Source: the human T2T-CHM13v2.0 reference genome, Homo sapiens
Reading direction: 5' to 3' (one strand)
Assembly: GCF_009914755.1 (NCBI RefSeq)
Contig: NC_060926.1
DNA length: 64,000 nucleotides
The notes beneath the pieces are model-generated. The model did not search any database. It was not told the DNA's origin and saw only the letters and a list, made by a program, of their open reading frames with translations. The position numbers and the translations under genes are program-made. Each line of letters starts with the position of its first letter. Positions within the stretch are counted from its first letter, which is position 1. Positions 42,810-59,835 of this stretch are shown piece after piece.

Positions 42810-43098
42810 TAACAGGCAGCGTCTTACTGTTACCCAGACTACAGTGCAATGGCATGATTATAGTTCACTGCAGCCTCAACCTCCTGGCTCAAGCGATCCT
42901 CCTGCCCTTAACCTCCTGAGTAGCTGGGACTACAGGTATGTGCCACCATGCCCAGCTAATTTTTTAAATTTCTTATTTGTACAGGTGGGGTCTTGCTATG
43001 TTGCCCAGGTTGGTCTTGAACTCTTGGCCTCAAGGGATCCTCCCATCTTGGGCTCCCAAAGTTGATGGGATTAGAGATGTGAGTCACCATACCTGGCC
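42810..43098 (-). mobile_element. Alu (AluJ-like)
   Basis: Reverse, diverged Alu. Confidence 0.9.
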
Positions 43099-43855
43099 TA
43101 AAACTATGTTTTAAATATTTATTGCTTGCCAGGCTCTAAAATAAATGTTTTCTAGTACACAATTTAATCCTCATAAAGACACTGTGATTTAGGTATTTTA
43201 TCCCATTTTATAATGAAGGAAATGGAGTCTTAAGGAGGTTGGCTAACTTATTTCCAGTCACCCAGATAGTCACTGATACTGCTGGGATTTGAAAAAGGTA
43301 AAAAAAAAATCCATAGGCATAGCTCCTAACTCCTAGATGGTAATACCTTCCTTAGATACTGGATTCAGCAGTGGGTTATTTCATCTGAGATTTGAACATA
43401 GGCAACGGATCTTTAATGGATTGTGCGTAGTCACTGTGGTGCCTCAGTGGAGGAAGGATTATAGTCACTCCTGGGTTGTGACTACAAATAAGGCACTTGG
43501 CTATTTATTCTGACACCAGGGGGGGATGTAGGGAATGTAGAAAGTGGTAGGAGAAGGTGTCCACTGAGGAAGGGGTCATAATTGCAACAGAGGAACCTGT
43601 AAAAGCTGGAAAGAATTGGAAGCTGATACAGAGAACAGAGAGAAATGAAAGCAAAATGCTGAAGGGTGGATCAGGTGGAGGCTAAAGGGACCTATCTGGA
43701 ACAAATGACACATTGATGTGAGTACATAGCAGAAAGTGTTGTTCAATGCCTAGTATGTTCACAGATGAGAAGAAATGGTTATCCAGGGCAAAAAATAATT
43801 AAAAAAAGACAAATTCTTTATTAACATAGAAATGTGACATATTGTGCAAACGTAC

Positions 43856-43972
43856 CTGATTAGATGTATTGACAGTAAAAGGATACAGGTCCTTCAGATA
43901 AATCCTTGGCATATTGTCCAGGAGCATGCCGTACAGGGGCATGTATAAACTTGCTATCTGGGCCTGCTTTCT
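43856..43972 (-). CDS. DOCK10: DOCK10 coding exon (~33)
   Basis: cctag|AGA...CAG|gtacg; 117 nt; RKQAQIASLYMPLYGMLLDNMPRIYLKDLYPFTVNTSNQ. Confidence 0.95.
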
Positions 43973-44098
43973 CTAGGAGAAAAGGTAGCCAAAAGAAATG
44001 ATTCATGTAAAAATCAATAGGCTTGTCGGTTTCATATGCATTTAATGCAGTGAGCCATTAAATGGTGTTTAGGGAAGGGAGAAAGGAAGATCACTTAC

Positions 44099-44274
44099 TG
44101 GCTCTCTGTATCGATCATCAAATGAATGCTTAGCCATTAGATTTTTTAGGACAGCTAAAGCTAAGTGTCTGACATCTTGGTCTTCCTGCAGGGCAAAGCC
44201 AACTTCTCGGAGCAGAATTCCGATTAAGAAGTGTTTGCGACAAAATTCATTTGTGACTGAATATTCAGGCATAT
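44099..44274 (-). CDS. DOCK10: DOCK10 coding exon (~32)
   Basis: caaag|AT ATG...CCA|gtaagt; 176 nt; (D)MPEYSVTNEFCRKHFLIGILL...KHSFDDRYREP. Confidence 0.95.
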
Positions 44275-45195
44275 CTTTGTGAGGAAGGAAAATAACTCAT
44301 GTTATTGAAAATCAAATGATCACTTTATAATTGAGACAGATATACCAAACAACTACCATCAACTTCTTCCACCACTAGGAGGGATTCAGGAATACAGTCT
44401 TGCTACAGAAATGAGGTGTGTTGTATCCTCAAGGAGCATTCAGTAAGGGGACTATTCTGTGTAGACAAACACAAATACAGGTACAAACTAACACACAACA
44501 TCAACTTTTGAATTCCATAATAACAGCATATTTACAGGATTACAGGATTTGAGAGGGGGAAAAACACATTTTCTGCTTGGAGGAATCAGGATATGTTATA
44601 AGTAGGAATCCATCAAGATGAGTCTTTGAGGATACTTGAAGTTTGGAGGTGCAGATCTTTGTGGGAACAGACAGAGGCAATGGAGAAAGGACAGGAGGCT
44701 GGGAGAAGCGATTGGATTTTCGATGGCACAGAATTCTGAAAGCGCAGGTGTGGAAGGGAGCAGGTATGGAGGGGAGCACGAGTATGTGGGAGTCAATAAG
44801 CACAGTGGCTAAAAGAGGAATGGTGAGAGAATTAGGCTTGAGAGGCTGGGGCTAGATGATGGAGAACAGTACAATTTCCTTAGCTGCCATCTAGGTCCCT
44901 CTCCATTTGTATTTAATTCTGTAAGGAATGTTAACACACCGATAGCTTTGAGATCAGTGCCCTGATAAGGCTCATGCTTTACTGACTTATTAATATGGTG
45001 TGGCAGGGTGTAAATGAATTAGACTGTGGGGAGATGTGGGGTGAGGGATACAATACAGGACATTGTAGCAATGGGGGAGGGAGGGGGCAAGTGACAACGT
45101 GATATCTGGGCTGGGGTAGCAGAAACTGAGTGACAAGAGTAACTCACTAGGAAAAGTTGACTGAAGTATTTGAGGGAGCAAGGAGAGAGAAATGG

Positions 45196-45343
45196 CACTG
45201 CCAAATTTTGAGCCTGAATTATAGGGAAAAGACACTGCCAAATTTTGAGCCTGAATTATAGAGAAAAGACACTGCCAAATTTTGAGCCTGAATTATAGAG
45301 AAAAGGCCCTGCCAAATTTTGAGCCTGAATTACAGAGAAAAGA
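45196..45343. repeat. Minisatellite, 4 x 37 bp
   Basis: Unit cactgccaaattttgagcctgaattatagagaaaaga starting at 45196, 45233, 45270, 45307; few substitutions. Confidence 0.95.
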
Positions 45344-45429
45344 ATGTTAAAAATTTCCAGTAATAATGGATTTATTCAAATTGTCCAAAGGGTTTTTAAA
45401 ATGTAACCATTAATAGTAGTACTTGCACG

Positions 45430-46658
45430 TACAAGAAAACATAGGGAGAAAGCTCTTTGACAGTGGCATTCACAATGATTTTATGAATATCACCCCAAAA
45501 ACACAGTCAATAAAAGCAAAAATAAACAAGTAGGATTATATCAAATTTAAAAGTTTCTGGACAGCAAAGGAAGCAATCAACAAAATGAAAAAGCAAACTA
45601 CAGATTGGGAGAAAATGCTTGCAAACCATATACCTGACAGGGGGCTGATATCCAAACTCTACAAGGAACTCATACAACATAATAGCAACAAACAAACAAA
45701 CAAAAACAACCCGCCAAGTTTTAAAAATGGGCAAAGGATCTGAATAGACATTTTTTGAAAGAAGACATACAAATGGCCAAAAGATATAGAAAAAGTGTTC
45801 AATATCACGGATCATCAGGGAAATGCAAATCAAAACCACAATGCACTATTACCTCATAGTTTTTAGGATGGCTATTATCAGAAAGTCAAATGAGAACAAG
45901 TATTGGTGTAAAGAAAAGGGAATCCTTGTACACTGTTGGTGGAATACGGTCATTATAGGAAACAGTATAGAAGGTCCTCAAAAAAGTAAAAATAGAGCTA
46001 CCATATGATCTAGCAATCCAACTTCTGGGTATACATCCAAAAGAATTCAGATCATTATGTTGAAGAGATACATTGCAGCATTATTCACAATAGCTAAGCT
46101 ATGGAAACCTAGGTGACCATCTATAGATGAATGGATTAAAAATGGTATATACATACGATGGAGTATTATTCAGCCTCAAAAAAAAAAAAAAAAAAAGAAA
46201 TCCTACCATTTGTGACAATACAGGTGAACCTAAGAGTCATTATGCTAAGTGAAATAAGCCAAACACAGAAGGACAAATACTGCATGATCTCAGTTAATAT
46301 GTGGAATCTAAAGAAATCAAACTCTGGTGGACAATAAGAGAATACTTGATAGGTACGATGTACATTATTTGGATGATGGATATCCTAAAAGCCTTAACTT
46401 CACCACTATGCAATCTATGCATGTAACAAAATTACACTTGTACCCCTCTAAGTTTCTGCAAAAAAATTAAAGAAGTTAACCTCATAGAAGCACAGAGTAG
46501 AAAGATGGCTGCCATGGGCTGGGGAATGGGAGAAATGGGAGGTGGATTTTAGTCAAAGGGTACAAACTTTCAGTTATAAGATGAATAAATTGTGGAGGTC
46601 AAATACGTAGCATAGTAAGAATCGTTAATAATACAATATTGTATATTTGAAATCTATT
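45430..46658 (+). mobile_element. Old L1M (L1MA/MB-type) 3' region, left part
   Basis: Degenerate ORF2 C-terminus (MQIKTTMHYYL..., ILVHCWWN) followed by L1M 3'UTR; interrupted by younger insertions. Confidence 0.85.
46325..46467 (+). mobile_element. Short L1 3'-end fragment (L1PB/L1MA-like) inserted in the L1M
   Basis: ...cttcaccactatgcaatctatgcatgtaacaaaattacacttgtacccc... plus A tail; degenerate TSD taaagaaatcaaactc (46309-46324) / taaagaagttaacctc (46468-46483). Confidence 0.7.
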
Positions 46659-49718
<3,060 letters not shown>

Positions 49719-50507
49719 CAGTAGTACTAGCACCCGTGTATACAACCTGCTGTCTGCTAGCACTAGGCTAAGCACTTTATGTGCATTATCCCATTTGATC
49801 TGCAGGACAACCCGTAAGGGAGGTATGATTAATATAATTAACTATTAGAATATTCCAGCTCATAAATGACCAATAGCAAATTAAACATACTGACTTTTTT
49901 AGTCCATAAAGAAGCTACTGAATGTGGAAATTCAGGAATGCAGAAGTTCAGGAGACTAAAATCACAGGGCTTCAGGCTAAATACATTTCTCACTGACATA
50001 GTAATATTGAGGATCCAGGAATAGAACACAACTTTTAAATTTCCATCTATGACTACAGAAAAGGTTTGCCTAGACCATTTTAAGTTACTAACCCATTTCA
50101 GATAAAAATAAACTTATACTAATATCCTCTGTCTTAACAAGATTGATCAAACCAGGCTGTGGTTTAGCAAAAGACATACATCATATAAAGTCAGTTACAT
50201 TGAACAAGCATGTTATTATATATATCTGGGAATTTCATTTATGATACAAATTAAGGAAATTTCAGATGCTTTGGGAAATTAAAAAATATTGCCAACCTCT
50301 GGAGAATAAAATACGAAAGAATTGAAATTAGGCAATCATTAAACTATCTGTGACAAGCAAACAATTCAGTCAACTTTTTGAATATTTTTATCATATGATA
50401 TTAAATATGTGAATATTTATTAGCACCCAGAAACTGGAAATTTATAGTTGTCAATATTATTGGATTACAGGTGGTTACTGATGCTTAGGTAAGGTAATAT
50501 CACTTAC

Positions 50508-50552
50508 CTGATGCATGTAACTCTTGAGTCGATTCTGAAGGTGTCAAAGGAT
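50508..50552 (-). CDS. DOCK10: DOCK10 small coding exon (~31), 45 nt symmetric
   Basis: ttcag|AT CCT...TCA G|gtaagt; phase 1-1; (D)PLTPSESTQELHAS. Confidence 0.88.
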
Positions 50553-50659
50553 CTGAATTTAATATAAATAAAAAGTTCAGATATATACATATACATACTC
50601 AGATACATATGTATTCATTATGTGTAGTTTATACTGAACAATTAAACTATATTATTTAA

Positions 50660-51009
<350 letters not shown>

Positions 51010-51195
51010 TATTTGTTTTCTTAAAAAAGAGGGTCATGAGCAGAATTATTCTAATTGTTAGCTTTCTACTTGAGCATCTATTTTTCTATCAGAATTTTGC
51101 CTGCTATGAAACATATTTTTATGTTCATTATTTATAGTATCAGATCTACAAAGAGACTGTCAGGCTTTTCTCTGAGCTACTGACTAATAGTAAGT

Positions 51196-51562
51196 AATAT
51201 AGTTTGACTCTGTGTCCCCACCCAAATTTCATCTTGAATTGTAATCCACACACGTTAGGGGAGGTACCTGGTGGGAGGTGATTTGATCATGGGGACAGTT
51301 TCCCCCGTGCTGTTCTCATGACAGTAAGTGAGTTCTCTTGAGAGCCGATGGTTTTAAAGTGTGGCACTTCCTGCTCTCTCCCTTTCTCTCTCCTGCCGCC
51401 ATGTGAAGAAGGTCCTTACTTCCCCTTCACCTTCTGCCTTGATTGTAAGTTTCCTGAGGGCTCCCCAGCCATATGGCACTGTGAGTCAATTCAACCTCTT
51501 TTTTTCATAAATTACCTAGTCTTAGGTAGTTCTTTATAGCAGTGTGACAATGGACTAAGACA
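51196..51562 (+). mobile_element. MaLR solo LTR (MST/THE1-like)
   Basis: atatagtttgactctgtgtccccacccaaatttcatcttgaattgtaa...ttctttatagcagtgtgacaatggactaagaca. Confidence 0.85.
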
Positions 51563-51940
51563 GTAAGCAACTGAAATAAAAATGACCAAATAAAGATTTG
51601 GTCCTCTTGAATATCTCAATCAGCCTGGCTAACCAATAATAACTTGGCAGTAATTTATAAAACAAAAATACATTCAGAACAACGTAAACACCTTAAAGTG
51701 TTATTATCTAATATGCCATTTCTACCCTATTTTCTATGAAATATGCTTCATAAATTAGAAAAAATTGGAATAATATTATATAGATTATATTTAAGATTAA
51801 AATGGCCAAACTTTTATAGGCTTGATAATGTAATTTTCCCTCCAGAATACTAGTGTAAGCTAATAGGTTAAGGAAGTATAATGAGGCTCTTTACCAATCT
51901 TAGTGTTTGTGTTCATGAATATCAAAGCAAATATGCCTCT

Positions 51941-52233
<293 letters not shown>

Positions 52234-52804
52234 ACCCCCTCCCCCGCAAGAAAAAAACTGTACCTCATAAATAGTTTACTCATTGGTTGGTAATAAAGTA
52301 TTTCATGCTCCTAAATAATTTTATTATTTTATTTGCATCTTGATATTTGATTAGTTTTTGATGTCTACATGGGTAATACTCTCTACCATAATACATATAT
52401 ATTTATATATATAATATTTATAAATTATATATATAGTACTTTTCCTCCCTATAATTTTATGTCTCAAAATGAAAGGAAAGCTGTCTTTTGGAGCCCGTAA
52501 AGTGCCTCTAGGTTCAAATTATTTGATTAACAATCATCGGGTTTATAATTTTGTTGGCCTTCTCTTTAATAAAAAGGGAAACAGACAAAAATTGAGGAAT
52601 ATGAAGCCATATTCATCACCACATGCCAACAACTTCTTTTGCATTTTAATTTAATTCTGATTACCTGGGTCTGATACCCATGTGACAGCTTCAAACAAAA
52701 TTATGACTGAAGAAACAGGAAAATAATAATAAACAAAAGGTAAAACGAACAAACAAAAGCATTCACTTTGCAGGAACTGAGGAAAATTCTGGGAATTTTA
52801 TTAC

Positions 52805-52901
52805 CTGGAATGTTTGCTGATCTTATGGGCAGACACAAAGGGATAAAGTGTTCATGTTGACATACTTCTTGAAGAAAATCAAATTTATACTGGCACAAGG
52901 T
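52805..52901 (-). CDS. DOCK10: DOCK10 coding exon (~30)
   Basis: ttcag|ACC...CCAG|gtaat; 97 nt, phase 0-1; TLCQYKFDFLQEVCQHEHFIPLCLPIRSANIP. Confidence 0.95.
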
Positions 52902-54349
52902 CTGAAAGAGAGGCAAACTAAATGACTATGACTTACAGACCAAGAAACTGAATAAAAACAAACAAACAAAATCTGCACTTGAATCTTATCCCTAAAAAGA
53001 AAAAGTAGTTACCATACACTTGTCGGACCACTAGGTAATTAAGTTGAAAGGATTTTGTCCCCTCCGAACTGCAGTTAAGCTCCCTACTTTTGGAGACTGG
53101 TCAAGGCCTCTTCAGGAAATAATCCCATTTGTAACCTACATGTAGCTTCTATGAGATAAGATCCTACTGAGTCATATTTTTTAGCTTCTTTTAGCATGAA
53201 TCATGACACATTTATTCTGAAAAAAATTCCTGCTGTAACACATGCACAGAATTCTCTCAAAAACTACACTCAGATAATGAAACAGACTTCTACAATGAGC
53301 TCCTACCATCCAGAGCTAAGGAAGACAATGGTGTGTATCACGTAAAATTAGAGTGAAACCCTGTATGCCACATGTTCTCATAGTACATTAATTAATTCGT
53401 CTTTCCTCCCTGCCCTTGCAAATAGGTCTGTCTTTGCAATAATGTTTGAGTTAGATGGAGAGAAATGGAGTCCAGGCACGGTCAAAGTAACACAGGAGTC
53501 AAGAACAGCCACATCAGTAGGAAAAATAAGCATGTTCCTGACTGCTCTATTTTTACTCTCATGCATGCTAAGTAACCATGTTTTAAGACTAAGTTCGATG
53601 ATCATCATTATATTCACTAATCTCAGCTCACAAAATAAAATATATCCCATTTACTCAGATATTTTAGAATTATATCTTGTGGCAACTTTAGTTAATAATT
53701 TAAAATACTGCCATTTCAAAAAGGATAATATTTGACTTAAACCTTTGTACATCAAAGTGAACAGGAGCATTATTAAATTATATGTTAACTATTTTACATT
53801 GAGAACATTCTGTTTGGTCTTTGAAAATACATAATTTAGGTCTGCTGCAATTAAATGGATATTCTGCAAATTTCATGCATGACAGGAGCACAAATGAAGA
53901 ATATACTTTCAAAAAAAATTGAGAGAGAGAATTGGATTTTCAAAACCAGATGACATAAAATCATGTAACTCCTCTGGTCAAAATCTCCACTGCACCCCAT
54001 CTCCCAAAAATAATGTTTAAGCAACTAAGCATGACGTGAAAGGCTGTAAGAATCTCATGATTTATTTTTGGCTGGTCTAAATCCATTGTTCTTTTCAAAT
54101 ACCTAGATAATTTCCCCTTGAGGACTGGCCTCCTTCACAGTGGGTAAAGGTTAACAGAGAATTATTAATTCATATGCCCTGTCTTCTCTCCTTAAGAGGC
54201 AAGCATGTGACCCAAAGCAGGTTGCTCACACACTTCCTCTATGGAAGGTGAATCTGAAGCAGTGTTGGGGGGAGAAAATGGCTTCAGTTGATTCATTTAA
54301 GCAGATGCAGCAGCACCTCGGCCAAATGGTTCTTCATTTGCAATTATTG

Positions 54350-54553
54350 TCAGGCCCCACGTAACGTTTTGGTGAAAGACAGACCATATATACAATGGTG
54401 GTTCCATACAATGAGAACAGAGCTATGTAATGGAGTAGGATATATACTAGCTGGGTTTGTGTAAGTACACTCTATGATAGTCACACAGTGACGAAATTGC
54501 CTAACAATGCTTTTCTCAGTATGTGTCTCTGTCGTTAAGTGACGCATGACTGT
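54350..54553 (-). mobile_element. TcMar-Tigger relic (Tigger3/MER47-like)
   Basis: Terminal cagtcatgcgtcacttaacgacagagacacatactgagaaaagcattgttaggc...gtacttacacaaacc (minus). Confidence 0.7.
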
Positions 54554-54586
54554 ATTCCTTGTGCTTGAAAAGGCCTGGCCCCTGCC

Positions 54587-54884
54587 TTTTTTTTTTTTTT
54601 TTTTGAGACGGAGTCTTGCTCCGTCGCCCAGGTTGGAATGCAGTGGCGCGATCTCGGCTCACTGCAAGCTCGACTCCCGGGTTCACCCCATTCTCCTGCC
54701 TCAGCATCCTGAGTAGCTGGAGCTACAGGTGCCCGCAACCACGCCCGGCTAATTTTTTTGTATTTTTAGTAGAGACAGGGTTTCACCGTGTTAGCCAGGA
54801 TGGTCTCGATTTCCTGACCTCGTGATCCGCCCACCTCGGCCTCCCAAAGTGCTGGGATTACAGGCGTGAGCCACCGCGCCCTGC
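54587..54884 (-). mobile_element. Alu (AluY-like, CpG-rich)
   Basis: Reverse Alu; TSD gcccctgc. Confidence 0.95.
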
Positions 54885-55090
54885 CAGCCCCTGCTCTTTT
54901 CAAAGCCTGCTTCTGCAGCTGCTTCATCAATGCTATTTACTCCCAATTATCTTTCCAATCAATTCCCTTTTGCTCAAATTGGAGTCAGTTTCTGTTGCTT
55001 TCAACCCAAAGAACAGTTAACTGATCCAGCTTTCATCATCTGGCCCATTTCCAGTCTTAGTTCCCTCCAGCATATGCCATAACCATAGCT

Positions 55091-55221
55091 CAGTGGTTCT
55101 CAAACCTGAGAGTGCAAAACAATCACCTAGAGGTCCTGTTAAAACAAATTTCTGGGCTCCATTAGCAGCAGTTCAGTTCCCAAGTGATGCTACCTCTCTG
55201 GTCTAGGAACCACTGCTCTAG
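55091..55221. mobile_element. MER5-like hAT-Charlie MITE relic
   Basis: cagtggttctcaaac...ggaaccactg terminal inverted repeats. Confidence 0.6.
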
Positions 55222-55633
55222 AGTTCTCTTTACATCTCCCCAGCGTATACCCCTATTTGGGTAGGGTATTCAACTGTCCCATTTTGCCCAGGACTTAAAG
55301 GTTTCCAGGGAAGTAGGACTTTCAGTGCTGAAACCAAGCCAGTCTAGGGCAAACTGGACTGTAGGAATTGTAGCTGCAAAGAGCCATTCTCTTCACCACC
55401 CACAGGAAATAGAAATGAAATGTAAACACTTTCATTCCACTCTCCTTTGTCCCCATTAAGGAAGGACTTGGTAGGCACACTCAGCAGATGAAACATTAAA
55501 AGGCTGCCTCTCCTTGGCATAGAAATCACTTTCTGATACAGAGAATGGACTTAAGCAGGTATCCACAGAGACTACTTTATTTATTTACAATGCCATAGTT
55601 TAGAAAACAATCACTCCTGTACGTGGTTCTTAC

Positions 55634-55717
55634 CTTAAGGTCACCGGAGGAGAACATGCTGATGTAATTGTTGACCATCTTAAACACATACCCTCGGTCC
55701 ATAAATGTAAAGCAGCG
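55634..55717 (-). CDS. DOCK10: DOCK10 coding exon (~29)
   Basis: tttag|CGC...AAG|gtaag; 84 nt; RCFTFMDRGYVFKMVNNYISMFSSGDLK (DOCK-D 'MDRG.VF' motif); absent from the ORF track. Confidence 0.95.
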
Positions 55718-58644
55718 CTAAAATAGATAAAATTCTAAATTTAAACACTTTTACTTGAAGAATCATTAAAGATTTTAGAAAATATGATTAAATATATTGA
55801 AGTAAAATAACACTAAACTAAATGTGTTGTATAATTAGGTATTTAAAAAATCTTCTAAAGATGTTTAAGCAGTCATCCACATATGGCAACTAAAATAACT
55901 ACAATTTATATTAAAAATGAAAATGAAACAGGGCAATATACTAACAGAGAATAGGTACATTTAAAAATTCAGAAGAAAACAAGAAAAATTGAAAGGAAAA
56001 ACAGAATGAAAGCATAAATGAATAAAACAAAAATATCAATCAGAAAGTTATAAATCTATATTGATTTTATAAAATGTCACTGGAGCTTTGCAATGAAATA
56101 TTATAGCCCCTTCTTTTTTATACAGAAAGCTTTAGCTTTCGGTTGTCTACTTTTTTAACCACTTAGTTACATTTTATTATTTTCTTTTAATAATTCCATT
56201 TCACACTTATGGGGTTGTAAATCTTCTCCTGTACACACTGGGTCATAATGAGGAGTGGTAGAGACGAGTCAGGAAAGCCTTTTAAATCTCACTGGCCCCT
56301 TTTGACAGAGTAGCTCCTCTCCTTATCAGCTGAGGAAGCTTGCATTTGAAGGCTGAAGGAAGGAGATCGTAAGATTTCTATCAGCGAGCTGCTTACTACC
56401 TTTCTTATTCTGTGGTCAAATTCTCTTTACTGTATCAAGGAGAGTCTTAAACAGTAAGTAGGCTTGGAGGAGCACTTGCTCTCTCTCCAAAAGACGGATG
56501 GTCATGTAACCAGTAACCAAGCTACCACGGCCAAAGACTGCACAGGCAAAGTGTGGAGCAGGAGGAAGGGACCATAGTTCCCAACGCAGGATCTGGGGAG
56601 GCACTAGAGCAGGTGCCTCCCATAGTGGATCTGCAGCTCATTACTTGGTGTGTGAGTCTCATTCTATTCACCCACGTGGGTGTGAGTAAACATGCTGCTT
56701 GGGAAAATTCCACAGCTGGTGTGGAGTGCTTCTTTCTTGTCGAAAGTGTCCAGGATGATCCATTAAAATGGTTTTGCATTTCTTGGAGTCTCTCCTCAAT
56801 TTTACTCACAGACAGGACTACACATAAAATCTTGCTATGGAGAGTGGACCAAGAGCTCTATGGAAAACATTCATTTATTCCAAAAGCACAAGCTATTTAA
56901 GCCAAGTAGAGTAGATATGAAGGGTTTTCACTTTTTAGAGACTTGCTTATCCATCCTTATCTGATATTTAGAGAGAAATACCACAGATGTTTAAACCAAG
57001 TCTCTCTCTAATATTAGGTGATTTCCAAATGGTTTTCAACAGCTCATTGAAACAAAGCAGTGGTTAGTCAGGCGAATGGGCTAAAAGATACGGCTATCCA
57101 ATCAGCAAAATAAAAATCAGAATGAATCAGCCTTTGCTACCATCTTGGTATTGTGCTTCATAAAAAGAGTGTCTAAATAGGTATGTTCAGATAAGTAGAG
57201 CTGTGACCCAGGTGGGTGGCAAAAAGAAAAATGACAAAAGCTGCAATCATTTGAATCCTATTTACTTCACTGAGAGAATAGTTGAGAAATGTACAAGCTT
57301 TTTGGCATAATTGCTGAAAAAATATTACTTTCCCATAATGTGGGGTAAGGGAGGCTACCTTTTAATGTAGAACATTTTTATATGCCCACACACTGGTTCC
57401 CAGAGGTTCTTCTTGATTCTTGGAGACCAATTTTGAGCAACCCATGGAGTTACAATAATATTTTAATTGTTAAATTCCAATGTTGACTAATTCACAGTAT
57501 TTGCTAATGTAGACTTCAATAACAAAAAGAGGTAGCAGTCATTTGAAGCCCCAATTGAGCAAATAACTATTGTTTGCTGGAAATATAAGAGATTTATGAC
57601 ATCAGCACTAGGAGTGGGCTGTGTTGAGCATCTGAAAACTCAAATTTATTGGAATTGCACCAAATGACTACGTTCAGTTTTACATTTTCAAAAATCACTT
57701 TCTTTTCCTTTCTTTTTTTTCTCTCCTAGCTCAAATGATTCATCTAATAAGTGTTCCAATTTTTTTTAATATTATGTGTCAAATAAATGCCATTAAAACT
57801 TCAAATTAGTAATAAGGAGGGTAACTATGAGGTCTTTTCCCTTTTTTAGAGACTTGCTTATTCGTCATTTTTTGCAGTTTAGGGAAGAATATTTCAGATG
57901 TTTCTTTCAATATATTTTATTTGCAAACTGAACTATACATAATTCTTTCTAAGTTTCCTAGTAAACTATTAGCATAGCAATAAACTTTATTCCCATAGGT
58001 CTTAAAATGTGGTAGAAAACTACAGTAACTTTTCCCCCCTTTAAACTTTTCCCCTTTAACACTTATCATTCTTGTCTCTTTCTGGAAGCAAGAAAAAAGT
58101 AAAAATCAGAGACAAAACCTTGAAGAAAAAAATAAATTCAGGATAAGAACACATACAGTGTATAATTTGAAATAGTTTTTAACACATTAAAAAAAAGAAA
58201 TTAGGCTGGATTAAAGCTCACCAGTGACAAGTTGGGCCCATTTTCCACTTCTATAGGCTTTTAACTGTATATTATTAGCATTTATTTATACATTCTCACA
58301 CTCACCCATATGTTCTGGTGACTACCATTAAGAAACAAGTCAAATGACTTCATAAAGGTTATAGTAGTCAAGAGTTAGACTAAAGAAGGAGGCACAGAAA
58401 ACTATTATCTTTCTAATTGCTTGCATTATCTGTTAAATGGTATACTGTAATTATGTATCTTAGTTTTTTCTTCGACTTTGCATTTCTTTCCTCTCAGCTC
58501 AATATAAATGGTTGTAACCCAATGAAATATAACTAATTTCCATACATATCCAGTTTAGTAAGTAGCTACTCAATACTTTACTTGATAATTTTTCTTTCAT
58601 GGGATCAGTGTGATCTTTCCATAATGTAAAAAACAGCGTGGGTC

Positions 58645-58923
58645 AACCTTGGTGGCTCACACCTGTCATCCCAGCACTTAGGGAGGCCAATCTCTTGAGC
58701 TCAGGAGTTTGAAACCAGCCTGGGCTACGTGGCAAAACCCCGTCTCTACAAAAAATACAAAAATTAGCCAGGTTTGTGTCTGTGTCCTACTCAGGAGGCT
58801 GAGGTGGGAGGATCGCCTGAGCCCAGGGAGGTTGAGGCTACAGTGAGTTGTGATCATGCCAGTGTGCTCCAGCTTGGGTTGACAGAGTGAGATCCTGTCT
58901 CAAAAAGAAATAAAGAAAAAAAA
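58645..58923 (+). mobile_element. Alu (AluJ-like, internal deletions)
   Basis: Forward, diverged Alu. Confidence 0.88.
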
Positions 58924-59161
58924 GAGCCTGGAGATAATAAACAAAAATGCTAAATTCCTGAAGCGTTTCCCAAAGTGGCTATTTGGTATCACTGTCAGAG
59001 CTAAAGCCATTATAACATCACTTTCAAAGGCAGAAATGTCCAAGAGAATAATATTACTGTAGTGCAGCTTCCTTTTTAAAAATTTCATTTTTTCTCTTAA
59101 AATATATTTAGAAATACTATGATTTGACTGCACTCAAATGGATACTTTTCTCTAACCTTAG

Positions 59162-59473
<312 letters not shown>

Positions 59474-59688
59474 TTCTAACCTTAGTCTTTATTCAATAAG
59501 ACTTCAAATTGAAAAAAAAAATTAAAAAGTATTTCAAGCAATAAAGATGTATAAATGAAAGTTTTCATCTGACAGTGCTAGTTTTGATTTTTCATCATAC
59601 ATGAAGATGTGAACTGATGAAAGTTTAGACTATCTTGCATCCACCAACATGGGGCCTTGAATAGAACTGCGATCTCATATAACTGTAC

Positions 59689-59835
59689 CTTGAGAAATCT
59701 GGCAACGCTGTGGTTTGCCCTTCTTGTTTCTTCAAGTGCATCCTTGTATTTCCAAATCACATGGTCGGATAGGACCATGACAAGATTGTCCAATTCATTT
59801 TGGTAAGATTCAGGAAATCTCTGAGGCCGGGGAAG
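59689..59835 (-). CDS. DOCK10: DOCK10 coding exon (~28)
   Basis: cttag|CTT...AAG|gtacag; 147 nt, phase 0-0; LPRPQRFPESYQNELDNLVMVLSDHVIWKYKDALEETRRANHSVARFLK. Confidence 0.95.

Noticed and set aside
45196-45343. 37-bp repeats of CRISPR-like length
   Set aside because: Head-to-tail with no spacers, in a primate intron, and no cas genes; it is a minisatellite.
58222-58250. Exon-like ctatag|29 nt|gtgagc on the minus strand
   Set aside because: No pyrimidine tract and a frameshifting length; no supporting evidence.
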